From an uncultured Elusimicrobia bacterium (lineage in GTDB: Bacteria > Elusimicrobiota > Elusimicrobia > UBA1565 > UBA9628), in contig CAIKVT010000021.1 in the NCBI GenBank assembly GCA_903830945.1, forward strand, positions 4,519-68,518: a DNA stretch of 64,000 nt, written 5' to 3'. The notes below the pieces were generated by a model. It was not told the origin of the DNA. It searched no databases and saw nothing but the letters and a program-made list of their open reading frames with translations. The position numbers and the translations under genes were made by a program. Each line of letters starts with the position of its first letter. Position 1 is the stretch's first letter. Positions 60,633-64,000 of the stretch are shown here, piece by piece.

Positions 60633-62051
60633 ATGCTGATGATCCGCATACCGGTCATCGGAATCATCCTCGCCCTGGCCGCAGGCCCGGCTTGCGCAGC
60701 GCCGGATGCCGAGGGGCGGGGTCGCGGCGGGCGTCACGGTCCGGAGCACCAGGCCAAGGTCGAAGTGCCTGCGCGTCCTCTGGATGTCGTTCTCGGCAGA
60801 CCCACGGCGACCTCGGTCACGGCCAGCGTCCTTTTGTACGCAGGCGGACGCGGAAGCGTCGAGTATGGAGTGCGCCAGGGAGAGTACCCGGACCATACTC
60901 CCGTGACCGAGTTCGGCAAAGGAACCCCGGTCCACATGGTGATCGGACCCCTTAAGGCCGACACGCGCTATTATTATCGGTTCCGTCACGAGACCGCCGG
61001 CGCGCAGGGCGCGGTCGCAGGCACATTCCACACCCAGCGCGCGCCCGGCAGCGCTTTCGTGTTCACTGTGCAGGCTGATTCTCACCTGGATCAGAACACA
61101 AGCACCGAGCTCTACGAGCGGACGCTGCGCAACGCCCTGGCCGACAGGCCGGATTTCCATATCGACCTGGGCGACACGTTCATGACCGGGAAGTATCGGG
61201 GCCAGGATCCATCGAGGCTTTACCTGGCGCAGCGCTACTATTTCGGCTTGCTTTGCCATTCCGCGCCTCTTTTTTTCGTGCTCGGCAATCACGACGGGGA
61301 ACCAGGCGGCGGCCGCGGACAGCCAGCCGACGCGATCCTGCTGCGCAAGAAGTACTTCCCCAACCCTGTCCAGGACGGGTTCTACACGGGAGAGGACCGT
61401 GGCGCCCTGGAGAACTATTACGCGTGGCAATGGGGCGACGCGCTGTTCGTCGTGCTCGACCCGTTCCGATATTCCGGTCGGCCTCGTGGCGAGCCGGAGG
61501 ACAACTGGAACATGACTTTGGGGGCGGAGCAATATCATTGGCTGAAGCGGACTCTGGAAAACAGCAAGGCCGCGTTCAAATTCGTGTTCATCCATCATCT
61601 GGTCGGTGGTGTAAACCGCGACGGCCGCAACCGCGGCGGGGCCGAGGCCGCGGCGTTCTATGAGTGGGGGGGGCGCAACGCGGACGGCAGCGATGGTTTC
61701 GCGGAGCAACGCCCCGGCTGGGAGATGCCCATCCAGCAGCTCCTTGTGCGCAACGGCGTGCAGATCGTTTTTCACGGTCACGACCATTTTTTCGCGAAGC
61801 AGGACCTGGGCGGCATCGTCTACCAGCTTGTGCCGCAGCCCGGAGCACAGGAGCGCCGCAGCGTGCGAGAAGCCGAACGCTATGGATATGAGAAAGGCGA
61901 ATTCCTGAGCAGCCCCGGCCACCTGCGCGTCCGCGTGTCCCCGAACAGCGCTGTTGTGGAGTGCGTCCGGTCACGCTTGCCGGAAGATGAGGGGATGCGG
62001 AAAGAGAAAGACGCGGTCGCCTACACCTATACGATCCCGGCTGCGCCATAA
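60633..62051 (+). CDS. Secreted metallophosphoesterase (FN3/purple-acid-phosphatase N domain plus calcineurin-like domain)
   Basis: LKADTRYYYR; ADSH, DLGD, GNHD, FIHH and HGHDH. Confidence 0.9.
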   Translation: MLMIRIPVIGIILALAAGPACAAPDAEGRGRGGRHGPEHQAKVEVPARPLDVVLGRPTATSVTASVLLYAGGRGSVEYGVRQGEYPDHTPVTEFGKGTPVHMVIGPLKADTRYYYRFRHETAGAQGAVAGTFHTQRAPGSAFVFTVQADSHLDQNTSTELYERTLRNALADRPDFHIDLGDTFMTGKYRGQDPSRLYLAQRYYFGLLCHSAPLFFVLGNHDGEPGGGRGQPADAILLRKKYFPNPVQDGFYTGEDRGALENYYAWQWGDALFVVLDPFRYSGRPRGEPEDNWNMTLGAEQYHWLKRTLENSKAAFKFVFIHHLVGGVNRDGRNRGGAEAAAFYEWGGRNADGSDGFAEQRPGWEMPIQQLLVRNGVQIVFHGHDHFFAKQDLGGIVYQLVPQPGAQERRSVREAERYGYEKGEFLSSPGHLRVRVSPNSAVVECVRSRLPEDEGMRKEKDAVAYTYTIPAAP

Positions 62052-62065
62052 TCGGATTAGCGCGA

Positions 62066-62251
62066 TCAGGGTGTAGGTGCGGGCCGGAAGACTTTCTTGC
62101 AAAGCCGCCAAATCACGACGCCGACATGCCGCACGACAATCTTATCTCGGCTCGCCTTCATCCCTTTTTTGGCCAGGGCGATCAGCCGCCGCTCAGCTGC
62201 CAGAGGCAGCCTCGGATACTGCCGGACCACCTCGCGATAAGCTTCCCACAT
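62066..62251 (-). pseudogene. Truncated sigma70-family (region 1.2 / start of region 2) fragment
   Basis: MWEAYREVVRQYPRLPLAAERRLIALAKKGMKASRDKIVVRHVGVV resembles Y...I..YPLL..EEE..L......GD..AR..LI..NL.LV; it stops after about 60 aa. Confidence 0.55.
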
Positions 62252-62366
62252 ACGGCATATGATGACGAATGCGGATGCGGCTTACACACTCGGCCGAGAG
62301 AGGCGGTCGGGGCCGTGGAGTTTGAGGCCGTAGGCTCATTCTTCGGGGTTGGGGCCGATATTATAA

Positions 62367-62395
62367 TTGACATATAACATGGCGTTTATTATGAT
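62367..62395 (+). promoter_or_regulatory. Putative sigma70 promoter of the ATPase gene
   Basis: TTGACA-N17-TATGAT. Confidence 0.7.
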
Positions 62396-62409
62396 AATAG
62401 CCGCTATAT

Positions 62410-63564
62410 ATGGTAACCAATATGCCTGAAAACATCACACGGATACTCGACATCCGTAAAGAAGTCGAGAAAAAGTCGTGTTTCCTATTCGGCCCCAGGC
62501 TGACAGGGAAGACTTGGCTTCTGCGGCATACTCTTAAAAATATCCGGACCTACAACTTGTTGGACCACGACACCTTTCTGCGTCTCAGCCGCTCTGCCAG
62601 CCTCATAGGTGAGGAATGTACGGCTCGGGACTCCATCGTCGTCATCGATGAGGTCCAGAAGCTCCCTTCGCTGCTTGATGCGGTCCACATGCTCATCGAG
62701 GAGCGAGGGATCCATTTTCTTTTGACCGGATCCAGCGCCCGAAAGCTGCGCCGCGGCGGCGTCAACTTGTTGGGGGGCAGGGCCCGGATCAGGAATCTCT
62801 ACCCCTTGAGTTTCTCCGAACTACAGAAGTCCTTCAATCTTGAGCGTGCCGTCAACCACGGACTGCTCCCGGCTATTTACTCGTCGCAGGAGCCGGACGA
62901 GGACTTGAAGGCCTATGTGGGCACGTACCTTCAAGAGGAAGTGGCCGCCGAAGGATTGACGCGAAATATCCCGGCCTTCAGCCGATTCCTGGAAGTGGCC
63001 GCCTTGTGCAACGGCAAGATGATTAATTTCGCCAACATCGCCAACGACGCACAGGTGGCGCGCAGCACCGTTCAGGAATACTTCCAAATACTCAAAGACA
63101 CATTGCTCGCTCATGAGGTGCCGGCTTGGCGCAAATCCGTAAGGCGTAAGCCCATCACAACCTCGAAATTCTATCTGTTCGATTCAGGGGTCGCCCGGAT
63201 CCTTCAGCACCGTGGCCGCATCAATCCTGGCTCTCCGGAATTCGGAGAAGCCTTCGAACACTTCATATTCCATGAATTGTTGACCTACGCCGACTATTGC
63301 CGGGCAGGAGAGATCCGCTACTGGCGGTCGCTCTCCGGTTTTGAGGTCGACTTCGTCCTGGGAGACACTGCAGCCATCGAAGTGAAAGCTGGCAAGAACG
63401 TGTCTCCGCAGGACCTCAAGGGTCTGCGCGCCTTACGCGAAGAGGGGGGCCTCAAGCACTATCTAATGGTGTCCGGCGAGAGAACCGCGCGGGTCATCGA
63501 CGGCATACGCATTCTTCCCTGGAAGGAATTCCTCCAACAGCTTTGGGATGGACGATTCAGCTGA
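62410..63564 (+). CDS. AAA_14 ATPase with DUF4143 C-terminal domain
   Basis: GPRLTGKT, IDEVQK, LTGSSAR, LLGGRA, KFYLFDSG, GEAFE and EVDF...IEVK. Confidence 0.92.
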   Translation: MVTNMPENITRILDIRKEVEKKSCFLFGPRLTGKTWLLRHTLKNIRTYNLLDHDTFLRLSRSASLIGEECTARDSIVVIDEVQKLPSLLDAVHMLIEERGIHFLLTGSSARKLRRGGVNLLGGRARIRNLYPLSFSELQKSFNLERAVNHGLLPAIYSSQEPDEDLKAYVGTYLQEEVAAEGLTRNIPAFSRFLEVAALCNGKMINFANIANDAQVARSTVQEYFQILKDTLLAHEVPAWRKSVRRKPITTSKFYLFDSGVARILQHRGRINPGSPEFGEAFEHFIFHELLTYADYCRAGEIRYWRSLSGFEVDFVLGDTAAIEVKAGKNVSPQDLKGLRALREEGGLKHYLMVSGERTARVIDGIRILPWKEFLQQLWDGRFS

Positions 63565-63590
63565 CGGGACGTCCTCAAACCATAGGAAAG

Positions 63591-63610
63591 ATGGACACTT
63601 TTTGGACACC
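63591..63610 (+). repeat. 20-bp direct repeat, copy 2
   Basis: ATGGACACTTTTTGGACACC, identical to 52417-52436. Confidence 0.8.
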
Positions 63611-63695
63611 GGGGAAGTCCTGAAGAGTGCTGTCAGTATCGAATAGCGCATGCGCCATCAGCAATTTTAGCCACTGAGCGGCATCCGTGATTGGC

Positions 63696-63743
63696 TGCAT
63701 GGCATGCAAGAGGTCGTCAGTTCGATCCTGACTAGGTCCACCA
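63696..63743 (+). repeat. attR: duplicated 3' part of tRNA-Ala(GGC)
   Basis: TGCATGGCATGCAAGAGGTCGTCAGTTCGATCCTGACTAGGTCCACCA; no 5' acceptor strand or D arm upstream. Confidence 0.92.
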
Positions 63744-63763
63744 TTTCAAGCAGCGTCAGTGGC

Positions 63764-63810
63764 AAGAAATCGGCCGGAGCACTTTTGAGTGCTTCGGCCG
63801 ATTTCTTCTT
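63764..63810 (+). terminator. Long hairpin after attR (probable original tRNA terminator)
   Basis: AAGAAATCGGCCGGAGCACT-TTTG-AGTGCTTCGGCCGATTTCTT followed by CTT. Confidence 0.7.
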
Positions 63811-63930
63811 GGTGCGATACTATCATGAGAGAGTTCATGTGTCTCTCAATGGGCGAGTGTCCGCAGAAAGGCTAGAATAAAAAGAACAATATTGTGCGAA
63901 GCTGAATCGGAGCACCGGCTTGCCGACCTC

Positions 63931-64000
63931 ATGACATCCTCAAGCATCCGCGTCATCCTCCATGTCGATATGGATGCATACTTCGCTTCGGTCGAGCAGA
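63931..64000 (+). CDS. dinB: DNA polymerase IV (5' end, partial)
   Basis: MTSSSIRVILHVDMDAYFASVEQ, the Y-family motif. Confidence 0.88.
   Translation, partial: MTSSSIRVILHVDMDAYFASVEQ

Noticed and set aside
59928-61922. 664-aa minus-strand ORF
   Set aside because: It is antisense to two well-supported plus-strand genes.
63696-63743. Second intact tRNA-Ala
   Set aside because: It lacks the 5' acceptor strand and D arm, so it is an att duplicate.
63875-63900. LexA/SOS box upstream of dinB (ACAATATTGT palindrome)
   Set aside because: It is a single short instance that matches no LexA consensus I can confirm.

Overview
GC-rich (roughly 64% by eye) chromosome segment of a diderm bacterium. The gene repertoire and orphan secreted proteins suggest Elusimicrobiota, but this is inference and was not searched. 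Bases 1-52 kb are mostly core or semi-core genes: a partial autotransporter, EAL phosphodiesterase, marC, alaS, M23 peptidase-bactofilin-SurA-PfkB, an ECF-type Ni/Co transporter, argCBD-GNAT-argJ, an S8 protease, a REC-thioesterase fusion, lspA, rlmD, copA, queF, thrS, a TPR-ExbB-ExbD-ExbD-TonB cluster, gap-pgk-secG, an OmpA/MotB-like lipoprotein, a TMTC-like transferase, a Slam-like barrel with FecR cargo opposite a CHASE2 adenylate cyclase, and four tRNAs. The best candidate for an undescribed system is an integrase-less ~11.5 kb island in tRNA-Ala(GGC), with att copies at 52170-52217 and 63696-63743. It carries an apparently self-contained ECF sigma regulon: sigma, anti-sigma, Spy-like protein, outer-membrane barrel, a 1178-aa PKD/PEBP protein, a stand-alone PEBP, a second copy of an unrecognised ~400-aa helical domain, and a metallophosphoesterase. 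Three identically spaced TAAACC-N15-(C/A)GTCT promoter-like motifs precede its transcription units. The window ends in the start of dinB. No CRISPR array or rRNA was seen.
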